DNA of 64,000 bases from Candidatus Cloacimonadales bacterium (GTDB lineage: Bacteria > Cloacimonadota > Cloacimonadia > Cloacimonadales > JAFGVF01). The stretch lies in assembly GCA_963662585.1 (NCBI GenBank), contig OY759729.1, positions 992,001 through 1,056,000 of the forward strand, written 5' to 3'. The stretch's first letter is position 1. The number at the start of each line of letters is the position of its first letter. Both the position numbers and the translations under genes were made by a program. The notes beneath the pieces were generated by a model that saw only the letters and a program-made list of their open reading frames with translations, was not told the DNA's origin and searched no databases. Positions 42,642 to 52,474 of the stretch are shown in pieces.

Positions 42642-42666
42642 GAGGCTATTAAGCCTCTTTTTTTTT
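42642..42666 (+). terminator. Terminator after the 54-aa gene
   Basis: Stem GAGGCT/AGCCTC followed by T9. Confidence 0.8.
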
Positions 42667-42669
42667 GCC

Positions 42670-44214
42670 TTAAAGTATGGGTGAAAACAGTCGAGCTATA
42701 CCAATTTTTAGTTTTGTAAAGAAACTAATTTGATCAATATCTGTTTTAGTGATTAATCTTGAGTATTCAATATCTTCAAAAAATTCTTTTTCCAGCTCTT
42801 GGGTAGTAGCGTTATCGTAGATAATACCATTAATTTCAAAATTCTGTACAAAAGATCTAATATCCATATTAGCAGTACCTATTGAGCAGACTTCCCCATC
42901 GATGAGCATAACTTTAGCATGAATAAATCCTCTTTGGTATTCATATATTTTTACACCTGCCTCCATTAACTCTTGATAGTAGGATCTTGTTCCCCAGAAA
43001 ACAACTAAATGATCGGCTTTACCAGGGACAATGATTCTAACATCTATTCCACTTAAGGCAGCAGTTACCAAAGCCATTGTTAAACTTTCATTAAGAATTA
43101 AATATGGTGAAGTGATATAGATTTTTTCTTGAGCATTAGTAATAGCAGAGAAATAAGCCTGCATTATACTTTCCCAGTTAGAATCAGGTCCGGAAGTAAC
43201 AATTTGCATAGGAAGTTTACTTTCGACATTTACTTCAGGATAGTGTACTTGTTGGAACAAATACTCTTTAGAGATAAAATACAAATCAGTCAAGAATACA
43301 GTTTGAAGAGCATACACAGAACCACCTTCTATTCTCATGTGAGTATCTCGCCAATAACCAAAATAAGAATCTCGACTAGCATATTTATCGCCAATATTTA
43401 ATCCACCTAGATAGCCAATTTTTCCATCAACAACTACTATTTTTCTATGATTACGATAATTAAACCTGCTATTAAAAAAAGGCAATCTTACTTTATTGAA
43501 GTAGTGGCATTCAATCCCTGCTTTAGTGAGCCTTTGGGCTAATGAGAATCTAAATTTCCAAGATCCCACATCATCTACGATAATTCGAATCTTGACTCCT
43601 TCTTTAGCTTTATTGATTAATATCTGACTTAGTTCTTTACCAAGATGATCATTGGCAAAAGCAAAATACTCTAAATGAATATGATGCTCTGCCCTACTGA
43701 TATCCTTGAACATGGCATCAAAGAGTTTAATACCATCAGGAAAAATCTTAATTTCATTATATTCACTTAGAAAGGCTTTGCTATTATTGTGCAAGAGGTG
43801 GGATATCTTATAACTTAGGGGTGATTTGAACAACTCCTTATTTTTGTAGCTATGGTTCAGGAATTTATACATTGATTTGAATTCTATTCTATCAACTAAT
43901 TCTTTATCAGAAAACATTTTCCGCTTACGAAAATTCCTACCTAATATTAAATAGAAGAAGATGCCTAAGATAGGAATAAACAAGAGTACTAAGAGCCAAG
44001 CAAATGTATGAGCGCTACTCTTTCTTTCTATAATAATAACCACAGTTATTGTGATTACAGAGATAGCAGAGAATATTGCCCAGATAGATGATATAGTTAA
44101 CAACTGGGGTTTCTCAAAAAAGAAAAGTATAACTATTAGAAGGATTATTGCTATTAAGGAAGAATAGACAAATATTTTTTTCCTGATATACTTTGGGTGC
44201 CTGATAGTTTTCAT
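42670..44214 (-). CDS. cls: Cardiolipin synthase
   Basis: N-terminal TMs (AWLLVLLFIPILG) and two HKD motifs, NHRKIVVVDG and HAKVMLIDG. Confidence 0.94.
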   Translation of the reverse strand: MKTIRHPKYIRKKIFVYSSLIAIILLIVILFFFEKPQLLTISSIWAIFSAISVITITVVIIIERKSSAHTFAWLLVLLFIPILGIFFYLILGRNFRKRKMFSDKELVDRIEFKSMYKFLNHSYKNKELFKSPLSYKISHLLHNNSKAFLSEYNEIKIFPDGIKLFDAMFKDISRAEHHIHLEYFAFANDHLGKELSQILINKAKEGVKIRIIVDDVGSWKFRFSLAQRLTKAGIECHYFNKVRLPFFNSRFNYRNHRKIVVVDGKIGYLGGLNIGDKYASRDSYFGYWRDTHMRIEGGSVYALQTVFLTDLYFISKEYLFQQVHYPEVNVESKLPMQIVTSGPDSNWESIMQAYFSAITNAQEKIYITSPYLILNESLTMALVTAALSGIDVRIIVPGKADHLVVFWGTRSYYQELMEAGVKIYEYQRGFIHAKVMLIDGEVCSIGTANMDIRSFVQNFEINGIIYDNATTQELEKEFFEDIEYSRLITKTDIDQISFFTKLKIGIARLFSPIL

Positions 44215-44221
44215 AGATTAT

Positions 44222-45028
44222 TTAGAGATATTTAAGATAGTCTCTTCCTTCAACTCCTGCATAAAGTTCAATATATTTTTTAACAGGACTTTTCAATATT
44301 TTTGGGAAAAGGACTTCTTCTATTTGGAAAAATCCCACAGAAGCTGTCATAGTTACTCTTATTTCGATTGGTTTAGTTTCCCCTTTATCGAATCGAACTT
44401 TTTTGATAGCATTAGCAGATGTTCTATGAATATCTCCAGGTTTAGGAGTCGAGGCTAAGAGAGTAGGTATTCTCGCTCTTCCATGTTCCATGTCTGCCCC
44501 ATCTGCAATTAAGACTAATCCAGCCTCTAAAGAGTGAATAGTCTGAGTACCCATGTGACCAAATATTCCTTCTACAGCGATAGATTGAACTGCCATTTTT
44601 GTTTTTATCTGTTCAGGACTATAGATTTGATCTAAGAATTTTCTAATATAGGGCATTGCTAATTCAACGCTCATCAACTCATGATTCTCTCTAGCTATCG
44701 ACATTCCAAAATCATGAAATAGTGAGGCCAGAATAACTCCGATAAGAGAGTCTTCCTTGTGTCCAGTCCCTTCTTTTTCTAAATTGAATTTAATTCCACT
44801 ATCTGAGAGAAGCTTGAACATTACCACAGCATTTAAGGTAGCTTTTCGCATGTGTACAGGACCATGGTCATTATATCCTAATCGTTTGATAGAAACATTA
44901 TTACAATAATCTTGAAGAGCTTGAATCTCCTCATTCTCAAAAATACTGTTTGTTATCTGCAAAGCCTTTCCATCTAACAAATTTCGTATTTTTTCTTCGA
45001 AATGAACTTGTTTTATTGATTTATTCAT
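44222..45028 (-). CDS. HD-superfamily metal-dependent phosphohydrolase (COG3294-like)
   Basis: RLGYNDHGPVH, LFHDFG, IADGADM, GRARIP. Confidence 0.85.
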   Translation of the reverse strand: MNKSIKQVHFEEKIRNLLDGKALQITNSIFENEEIQALQDYCNNVSIKRLGYNDHGPVHMRKATLNAVVMFKLLSDSGIKFNLEKEGTGHKEDSLIGVILASLFHDFGMSIARENHELMSVELAMPYIRKFLDQIYSPEQIKTKMAVQSIAVEGIFGHMGTQTIHSLEAGLVLIADGADMEHGRARIPTLLASTPKPGDIHRTSANAIKKVRFDKGETKPIEIRVTMTASVGFFQIEEVLFPKILKSPVKKYIELYAGVEGRDYLKYL

Positions 45029-45125
45029 TATAACTCCTTTGCTTTAATATAATCAATTTATATTAAAAGAATAAATATTTTTACAAGTTTCGATTTTTAG
45101 AAGAAATAAGTCAACAAGAATCTTT

Positions 45126-48100
45126 CTATTTTATTATGCAGACCTTCTTTGTTTTTGATATTTTCTCATCATTATAACGCACAAAATAAACACCTGAGCT
45201 AACCATTTTGCCATTGTTATTAGTTAAATCCCAAGTAATTGAGCTAGTATCGCTTTTCATATTACTATTATTATAGTCTTTTACCTTCTGTCCTCTTAGA
45301 TTATAAATAGAGATTGAGAAATCACTTTTTCTCTCACTATTAATTCTTATTTCGGCTTGCTTAGAGATTGGGTTTGGGCTAATTTGAAATATTGAAAGAG
45401 CTTCAACATCATAATCACTATTATTAGTAATGGTCATAATAGTCAAATTAGCGTTATGAGTACCACTTTGATCAGTATTTGCAATAGTTAGATAGTTTTC
45501 GCTTAGTCTATAGACATCTCCCCCAAAGGATAAATCGATTGGATAATTATCATTATTATTATCATCTTTAATTCTTACTTGGACAGGCTCATTGAGGGTA
45601 TTAGTAAAGGCGATATTCCAGGAGTAGGAATCACCTTCATTAGGTTCTATAAGTTTGGTATGCATTTTTGGATAGTAATTACTTAGAGGTTCTTCAGAGA
45701 CTATATAAGCTTCTTTCAATCCATAAGTTGGTCTGACAGGTGCTTTGATTAAATCATAATTAAAATCTATTACAGGAACCATTCCTGCTTGAAGTCCTAC
45801 AGTTAGCTCGTCTTTGGCACCCGAAGCAGTTTTAAATTCTAAAGTAAAGAACAATTCAGGTTCTGTGAGATTGAAATCTTCACTATTATTAATAGGATCG
45901 AATAAAATGCTCATTAAATCGTTTGTTGTTTGATAAATTAAGGCACTCTCAAAAGCTTTAATAGTATTGATAGAAGTATAACCACCCTCTCTTACACCGA
46001 CAACTACTGGCAGAATATAGTTACTCTCAACAACATTCTTAAAACTTTTAATTACTCCATTTCTTTCAAAAAGAATGTCTTTTATCTGATAATCTATTGG
46101 ATGAGGATTATTTACTAAATTCCAACCTCTACTCATTTGATATGGTGAAGCTTGGAAAACAGGGCTACCATTGAAATTTAATTGATAATCATTTGTGATA
46201 TTCATAAAATAACCACTATTTCCGTTGAGATTAGCTGAATCAAAATAACCATCTTCACTTAGTTGGAATACTTCGATATTTCCAGCTAATAAATCTATAT
46301 CAAAAGATTCAGTAAAAGGATAAGAGAAAAGCTGATTGGAATCTTCAGCCATTAAACTTACAGAAGTAATTTCAGCAACTAGCACAACTTGGCTATTAGA
46401 TTTATAGTCAATTGATTCTCCATCAGTAGAATTTACTCTTACAAAATAATTTATCATTCGATAATCTTCAGTAACATTATTAGTAAAAGAGTAACTTGTT
46501 TGTTGAGGAGGTAAATTTTCGGCAACAAGAATAGAATCTTGATCATTCTTAAAATATATGTCAAAGCTCTCTACTAATTCAGGATAATCAGTTTGCCAAG
46601 CTAAGTCTATGGTATCTCCTTCATAAAAAATAGGAGTAGTTAATTCGGAAAAGACTATATTTGCCTGAAGGTTTCCCCAAATTAACTTTGCATTATAAGT
46701 AGCGTTTTCAGGGAAGCTTAGGTTTGCCTCTTGATTATTTAAGGAATAGAGTTGATCATTATAGGAAAGATAAAATCTTTCAGAACTTCTATCTGTATCC
46801 ACCAAAGAAAATGATAAATTTGTAGGTGGATTGTCGATGATTAAGTCTAAATAACGAACTTCTTCAGTAGGGTCAAATTCAGATATGATATTACGAGTAA
46901 ATTCTTGGTTATTATAACCAAGAGCTAAATATGTATTTGGAGCAGTATTAAGTTCATCGTAAGTAGTTTCATAACCATTAGTTGCATAATAGCTTTTTCC
47001 AAAAGTTACGCTATTATCCCAGTAGTTTCCTGTTGCTGTGAGATTAATATAATTGGCTAAAGAAGCATTCATAATCTGGGATATTTGAGAACTAACAGCT
47101 TGATTATTCATAACATTAACTCTATAGGAGTAAGTATGACCTATTTCTGTATTTTGGTCAATAAAACTATAGGCTTCAGTAGTTGAAGTATTTACTACTA
47201 AGTCACTATTAGTAGTGTAACTAGAGTATAGTTCTAATTCTGAATCATCTTGACTTCTATATATCTCAAAACCAGTACAATTTTGTTGTTGAAACATAGT
47301 CCATTGAAGTTCTATATTATTAGTATTAGCAAAGATATTAAATTCTGAAGTTGTAATAGGTAAGGTAGTATAAACTATTTCTTCAGATAAAGGAGAGACA
47401 TTGCCATTATAATCTACTGTTCTCATAGCGATATAATAGGTTTGGTTTAATTGAAGATTAGGAATAGCAGAATAATTTACTACTGGGAATGCTAATTTAT
47501 CTATTGATCCTCTATCTAAGGTTGAATATTGCCCTTGAGAAATTGGGTTTAAAGAGTAGACTATTTCATAGGAATAAAAATCATAACAAGGAGCAGGATC
47601 CCAAGCAATTACATTACCTGAGCTTCCATAATATCGTCTCAGATTCGTTGGTGCTTCAGGCACTTCATTATCATCAAAGTCCACCCAACTACTAATAGAG
47701 CTATCTAGAGCATCCATAAATGGTTGGTAGTATTGAGATAATTTATTATATTTCTGAGTTAAATTCCAAGAGTCAGAATAGCTATTATAACCATAAAAGT
47801 TTTTAAAAGATTCTTCAGTTTGGGAATAGCAGTTTGGTAATTCATCTAATTCTACATGGAAGAAAGGACTAAAGACATCCCATTCACTGAAATTACTGTT
47901 ACTATAATAATCATGATATGAGTTTGGATAACCAGGTAAATCAACATTATTACTTATTATTAATGTATCATTATAAACAGTATCAAAGTACATATTATGC
48001 ACACTATAATAGTCTCTAACAATTACTTCTTCATTATTTCCAATACTTCCTTCTGGAATTACTATATAGTCTGTGTTTTGAATCACATCTTGTCTTAGGG

Positions 48101-48962
48101 GAGAAAAATCTCTAATAGGTAAACCTGCAGGTCTTCTATATTGACCAGGAGAGATCTGACAACTTTCTCTATCAGGATGAGAATCCCAATCATAAGAATG
48201 AAACTGGACAGAAAGTTCTCTTCTATCGAAATCATCTCTGATTTTATCGCAAGCTTTTTTATAAAAATAATTAAAGGGATGAGTAAAATTTCTAGTAGGA
48301 TCACTTAAAGATTTATTATTACTGTAATTCCCATACTCATTCCACATAACTTCTCTACCTGAACCATTTATCATCAAATATTGGGCATTACTATCCAAGA
48401 AGCTATTTACAGCAAAATAGGGTGTAAGAAAATCATCATTAGGGTGGGGAGCTGAAACTAGTAAGGGCTCAGGATTGGTAGAACGATAGATAAATATACC
48501 CCAACCTAGATCAAAAGAACCAACCTCATCATCGTAAGAAGGGACAGTTCCATTATTATCGATGTAAGTTGTATTTAAGTTCTCTCTTAACATGTAGTAA
48601 ATATTTGTTTCATCTGTAAACTTAACTACTGAGTAAGGAAGGTTATTCTGAACAAAGACATTATGAGCCAGATTATATTGTCCAGCAAAGAAATAATCAA
48701 CAGCTTCTTCCCAAGCTTCTGTCTGTTCATCAGAAGGTAAGGTGAATTGGCCAAAGCCATCTGTCTGTCTATCATAAGGAGCATACATATTATAGCCTTC
48801 TGAAGCTATACCTTCCACAATATGTGATTCCCACTTGCTATAAGCACAATTTGGCTCAGCAGAGAAAAAGAAATTTTGTAAATTTGCACTCTCTTCAACA
48901 ATAGAGTTTAATTGGATAAAATATAGAAAAACAAGAAATATAAGAACTACTTTCTTCATCAT
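45126..48962 (-). CDS. 1278-aa secreted protein: putative metallo-hydrolase N-domain, FN3/Ig domains, FlgD-Ig/Por-type C-terminal domain
   Basis: Signal peptide; APHPNDD, QFHSY, HVE; FN3 PEAPTNL...YYIAMRTVDYNGN; GWNLVNNP; C-terminus SPNPI...IYNLRGQKV...WD...SSGVYF...KKVCIIK. Confidence 0.8.
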   Translation of the reverse strand: MMKKVVLIFLVFLYFIQLNSIVEESANLQNFFFSAEPNCAYSKWESHIVEGIASEGYNMYAPYDRQTDGFGQFTLPSDEQTEAWEEAVDYFFAGQYNLAHNVFVQNNLPYSVVKFTDETNIYYMLRENLNTTYIDNNGTVPSYDDEVGSFDLGWGIFIYRSTNPEPLLVSAPHPNDDFLTPYFAVNSFLDSNAQYLMINGSGREVMWNEYGNYSNNKSLSDPTRNFTHPFNYFYKKACDKIRDDFDRRELSVQFHSYDWDSHPDRESCQISPGQYRRPAGLPIRDFSPLRQDVIQNTDYIVIPEGSIGNNEEVIVRDYYSVHNMYFDTVYNDTLIISNNVDLPGYPNSYHDYYSNSNFSEWDVFSPFFHVELDELPNCYSQTEESFKNFYGYNSYSDSWNLTQKYNKLSQYYQPFMDALDSSISSWVDFDDNEVPEAPTNLRRYYGSSGNVIAWDPAPCYDFYSYEIVYSLNPISQGQYSTLDRGSIDKLAFPVVNYSAIPNLQLNQTYYIAMRTVDYNGNVSPLSEEIVYTTLPITTSEFNIFANTNNIELQWTMFQQQNCTGFEIYRSQDDSELELYSSYTTNSDLVVNTSTTEAYSFIDQNTEIGHTYSYRVNVMNNQAVSSQISQIMNASLANYINLTATGNYWDNSVTFGKSYYATNGYETTYDELNTAPNTYLALGYNNQEFTRNIISEFDPTEEVRYLDLIIDNPPTNLSFSLVDTDRSSERFYLSYNDQLYSLNNQEANLSFPENATYNAKLIWGNLQANIVFSELTTPIFYEGDTIDLAWQTDYPELVESFDIYFKNDQDSILVAENLPPQQTSYSFTNNVTEDYRMINYFVRVNSTDGESIDYKSNSQVVLVAEITSVSLMAEDSNQLFSYPFTESFDIDLLAGNIEVFQLSEDGYFDSANLNGNSGYFMNITNDYQLNFNGSPVFQASPYQMSRGWNLVNNPHPIDYQIKDILFERNGVIKSFKNVVESNYILPVVVGVREGGYTSINTIKAFESALIYQTTNDLMSILFDPINNSEDFNLTEPELFFTLEFKTASGAKDELTVGLQAGMVPVIDFNYDLIKAPVRPTYGLKEAYIVSEEPLSNYYPKMHTKLIEPNEGDSYSWNIAFTNTLNEPVQVRIKDDNNNDNYPIDLSFGGDVYRLSENYLTIANTDQSGTHNANLTIMTITNNSDYDVEALSIFQISPNPISKQAEIRINSERKSDFSISIYNLRGQKVKDYNNSNMKSDTSSITWDLTNNNGKMVSSGVYFVRYNDEKISKTKKVCIIK

Positions 48963-49228
48963 TACTCCCTTAAAATGTACTTTCTCTTATCTTATGCAAT
49001 TTTGACTCCTTTTTTCCTACTAATATTATATCCTAATTACCTTTTAGTCAGAGATTAACATATAGGGTAAATATATAATTTATTTCTCGCGACAAATAGA
49101 AAAAAGCTAAGAAAACCTAAAATTAGCTAATATAATCATTTATTCTTAATAGTTAAGCAAGAGGGAAGTAGGGCGGGATGTTTGAACAGTCTAGTGGAGA
49201 AGAAAAACACTTTTCGATAAGTATATCT

Positions 49229-49256
49229 TGACACTAAGTTTATTTTGACTATATTA
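49229..49256 (+). promoter_or_regulatory. Putative sigma70 promoter
   Basis: TTGACA-N16-TATATT upstream of SD AGGAG and ATG 49281. Confidence 0.5.
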
Positions 49257-49280
49257 TCACAAAAATCATAGGAGAAAAGT

Positions 49281-50741
49281 ATGCCTAAAGCAAAAGAGAA
49301 TAAAGAGACTAAACAGGCAAGATTAGAGCAAGTCCCTAATGCAGATAAAGCCCTAGATAAAGTTAACGAAGAGCTACTCTTCCACTCAAGAGACCATGCA
49401 GAATTTCATAATGCTTATACAATAGATTCAGTAACTAAAGGAATTAAATTCTTAAAAGTTGTTTATGGAGATAAGCTGCAACTTACAGAAGCAGACATTA
49501 ATATCAAAATGATAGACAGACTTAGAACTATTGGTAAGGATATCTACTTCTTTATCTCTTCACTTACTTCAGGTACTACACCTGAAATTTATATTAAGAG
49601 AAAATATGAATTTATCAGAAATCTAGCTAGTGATAAAGTGATTGGTAAAAACAATAAAGATATGTTTTACTTGGCTTGGAATGGCTTACTTACAAATGAT
49701 AGCTTCAAGAGATTACTTAGGCAGAAGTTTGGTTTGGAGAAATTCTGGGAAGATTTATGTCCCCAAAATATTCCTTCGCGAGGAACTGAATTAACTAGAT
49801 ATAGAACTAAATTTGTCTTAGCTATGGATATGGCAAGTAATGAAGATGGAAGTCGTCGTGTTGAAGGAAGACAATTAGATGATGGCTCTGGTTTATTAAT
49901 GAAAGAAAGAATCATCTGGCTACCTAATGGCAAGGCTATTCCTCTCTTCCCTAATGCTTATGTTCAACTCAACCAGACTCAAGTCATCTTAATTAGACAT
50001 GGAAAATCCATCCATGAATCAGGTGGAAGTAATCCTGAATTTGTGGGCTCAGGCTACTGGGATTCTTGGCATAATAATAGAAGAGTATCCTATTCTGTAG
50101 GAAATTCACTTAAAGAAGAAGGGGTTGCTACAGCTAAGAGCTTAGGATTGGATTTTAAAGTTGCTGTTGATACTCTACAAAATGAAGGCTATCGTTTCTG
50201 GGCTTATTCTAAAGAGAATCCGATTAGTGTTTTTGGCAGTGAGTCAGAAAACACCGAGCAAACTTCCCGTTATTTTCTCTCTGGGGCAGAATATACCAAT
50301 ATTAACTTCAAAGCAATTTATGGTTTAAATTCTCAGAAATATGGAGCTTTAACCCACAGATTTAAAAATGATATTTTCAAGGAAATAGTTGCTATATATG
50401 GTGATGAATGGGAAGGAAGTGATTCTGATAAACTTAAAAAAGCTAAAAGTATGCTTAAAAATAGATTCTATCACTATCCTGAAGGCGAAACTTTGATAGA
50501 AGCTGACTGGAGAATAGGTTATAGCTTTATCCAACTTCTAAAAGCTAATCAAGGAAAGCGAATCCTTCTCTGTGATCATTCAGGTGCAATTAGAGTTTTT
50601 GAAGCTATTATCAGAACCTTAGATTTTGCTGATTATAGTTCACTTAAAGAAGGGCAAGACTCAATTATGGCTCTTATCTACCAACCTGGAATGAATATTA
50701 GATATGATTATTTACAAAGAAAAGATTTTAAATTGAGATAG
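49281..50741 (+). CDS. Histidine phosphatase superfamily protein with an unknown ~230-aa N-terminal domain
   Basis: VILIRHG, L...G...A, YPEGET and ILLCDHSGAIR match the phosphoglycerate-mutase-like fold. Confidence 0.75.
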   Translation: MPKAKENKETKQARLEQVPNADKALDKVNEELLFHSRDHAEFHNAYTIDSVTKGIKFLKVVYGDKLQLTEADINIKMIDRLRTIGKDIYFFISSLTSGTTPEIYIKRKYEFIRNLASDKVIGKNNKDMFYLAWNGLLTNDSFKRLLRQKFGLEKFWEDLCPQNIPSRGTELTRYRTKFVLAMDMASNEDGSRRVEGRQLDDGSGLLMKERIIWLPNGKAIPLFPNAYVQLNQTQVILIRHGKSIHESGGSNPEFVGSGYWDSWHNNRRVSYSVGNSLKEEGVATAKSLGLDFKVAVDTLQNEGYRFWAYSKENPISVFGSESENTEQTSRYFLSGAEYTNINFKAIYGLNSQKYGALTHRFKNDIFKEIVAIYGDEWEGSDSDKLKKAKSMLKNRFYHYPEGETLIEADWRIGYSFIQLLKANQGKRILLCDHSGAIRVFEAIIRTLDFADYSSLKEGQDSIMALIYQPGMNIRYDYLQRKDFKLR

Positions 50742-50745
50742 TATC

Positions 50746-50917
50746 TTTTAACCAGAATGGTGCAGTAGATCTTTACAGAAGAGTGCAGATTCTTTTAGAT
50801 AAAGCTTTTACAGAATTTATCAGCGAATAATATATATACTCTGAGAAATTATGTAAAATGCTTTAGCAAATGAATATAGTGCTATTCTAAAAGATCTACT
50901 GCATTATTGGGTTTAAA
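50746..50917. repeat. ~170-bp imperfect fold-back palindrome (MITE/REPIN-like or structured RNA)
   Basis: Perfect 14-bp inverted repeat TGCAGTAGATCTTT (50761-50774) / AAAGATCTACTGCA (50890-50903), with pairing continuing to the centre. The 16-mer GAATGGTGCAGTAGAT also occurs at 10508-10523. Confidence 0.7.
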
Positions 50918-50928
50918 GTTATAGTTAT

Positions 50929-50974
50929 AAAAAAACACCCTATATCATCTTACAAGAAAAGATATAGGGTGTTT
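50929..50974 (-). terminator. Terminator after dnaA
   Basis: 14-bp stem AAACACCCTATATC/GATATAGGGTGTTT with a T-run on the minus strand. Confidence 0.8.
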
Positions 50975-50992
50975 AAATTTTATTATTAATTA

Positions 50993-52327
50993 CTAATTCT
51001 TTAGTTCTTTAATTAGAGATTCTAGATCTACTCTTAAGTCATTATCTTTATTAAATTTATTTTCTATCATTCGTTTAGCATGCAATACAGTAGTATGGTC
51101 TTTACGATTGAAGTAGAGAGCAATTTCTTTTAAAGAAATCTGCGGGATTAACAAACAGATGAGATACATAGCAACTTGTCTTGGGAAAGAGATATTTTTA
51201 ACTCTAGTTTTATCCATTATTTGCTTGCGAGTAATGCTATAGAATTTGCACACTTTTTCTATTATCGTATCCATATTAATATCTTTAGGTTTATCAGTTA
51301 TCATATCACCTAAAATATCAAGTACCATACTTTTATTGATATCATAAGGATTAACTCTGTTATAGGAAGCATAAGCTAATATTCTAATTAAAGAACCCTC
51401 GAGTGCCCGAACTGAACTCTTTATTCCTTGAGCAATATATTCGATGATATCATCTTGTAGTTCAATATTTTGGTTATCTGCTTTTTTCTTTAAAATCGCT
51501 ACTCTTGTCTCAAAATCAGGATTTTTCAAATCAGCTAGTAATCCAGATTCAAAGCGGGTAACAAGTCTATTTTCCAAATCAGGAATATCTTTGGGTGGTC
51601 TGTCACTTGTAAGAATAATCTGTTTTTTAGAAGAAAGAAGAGCATTAAAAGTATGGAAGAATTCCTCTTGAGTCCCCTCTTTTTTTGCTAAGAAGTGAAT
51701 ATCATCAACTAAGAGAACATCGACATGACGAAATTTCTGACGGAAAGTAGTCATGCTATTTCCTCTAATAGATTCAATCATTTGATTGGTAAATTCTTCA
51801 GAACTTATATAGTAGATAGTTTTGTTTTTATCAATATCTAGCAGGTAGTGTCCCACGGCTTGCATAAGATGAGTTTTTCCCATCCCTGATTCACCATAAA
51901 TAAATAAGGGATTATAAGTTGAACCAGGTGCTTCAGCTACTGCCATAGCTGCAGAATAAGCAAAGTTATTATTTTTTCCTACCACAAATTGCTCAAAAGT
52001 GTAATATTCATTTAGAGGTGGTAAATCATAATTATCCCCTAAACCACTCTTCTTAGTCTTTTGAGTTGGCCTTTTCTTCAAAGAAGATTCATCATTAAAG
52101 AATTTTATTTCAAATTTTCTTTGATAAAGATTAAAAGCCAATTCAGAAATCATGTTCGCATAATTTTTATTTAGAAAATCAGATGCTACTTTTGTTGGGG
52201 TCATGACAAAAAGAGTTTCGTCTTCAAACTTGACCAGTTTTGTTTCACTAAACCAAGTAATAAAACTTTGTTCAGCTACATGTTCTTCTAATTCATCTAA
52301 TATATTTTGCCAAATGTCTTGATCCAT
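50993..52327 (-). CDS. dnaA: Chromosomal replication initiator DnaA
   Basis: YTFEQFVVG, YNPLFIYGESGMGKTHL, LLVDDIHF, QEEFFHTFN, RALEG, RKDHTTVLHA. Confidence 0.98.
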   Translation of the reverse strand: MDQDIWQNILDELEEHVAEQSFITWFSETKLVKFEDETLFVMTPTKVASDFLNKNYANMISELAFNLYQRKFEIKFFNDESSLKKRPTQKTKKSGLGDNYDLPPLNEYYTFEQFVVGKNNNFAYSAAMAVAEAPGSTYNPLFIYGESGMGKTHLMQAVGHYLLDIDKNKTIYYISSEEFTNQMIESIRGNSMTTFRQKFRHVDVLLVDDIHFLAKKEGTQEEFFHTFNALLSSKKQIILTSDRPPKDIPDLENRLVTRFESGLLADLKNPDFETRVAILKKKADNQNIELQDDIIEYIAQGIKSSVRALEGSLIRILAYASYNRVNPYDINKSMVLDILGDMITDKPKDINMDTIIEKVCKFYSITRKQIMDKTRVKNISFPRQVAMYLICLLIPQISLKEIALYFNRKDHTTVLHAKRMIENKFNKDNDLRVDLESLIKELKN

Positions 52328-52366
52328 AGCTACCTTTTTTGTTTAAAAATAATTATTTATATTTAC

Positions 52367-52474
52367 TTATCCACTTGATGTGGATAAGTATTTTTTAAGC
52401 ACAAATCCCCTTTATAATAGTGTTTAATCGGTTTTTAGTAAAATTGCTTAGATCTTATCCACAATTTATCCACA
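52367..52474. promoter_or_regulatory. DnaA-box cluster (candidate oriC or dnaA autoregulation)
   Basis: TTATCCACT 52367-75; TGTGGATAA 52379-87; TTATCCACA 52455-63 and 52466-74; a further TGTGGAAAA at 52931; very AT-rich tract about 52560-52790. Confidence 0.8.

Noticed and set aside
43184..43196. TCAGGTCCGGAAG resembling the SRP RNA core
   Set aside because: It is antisense to the conserved TSGPD codons of cls and lacks the following GAAGCAGC and flanking helix.
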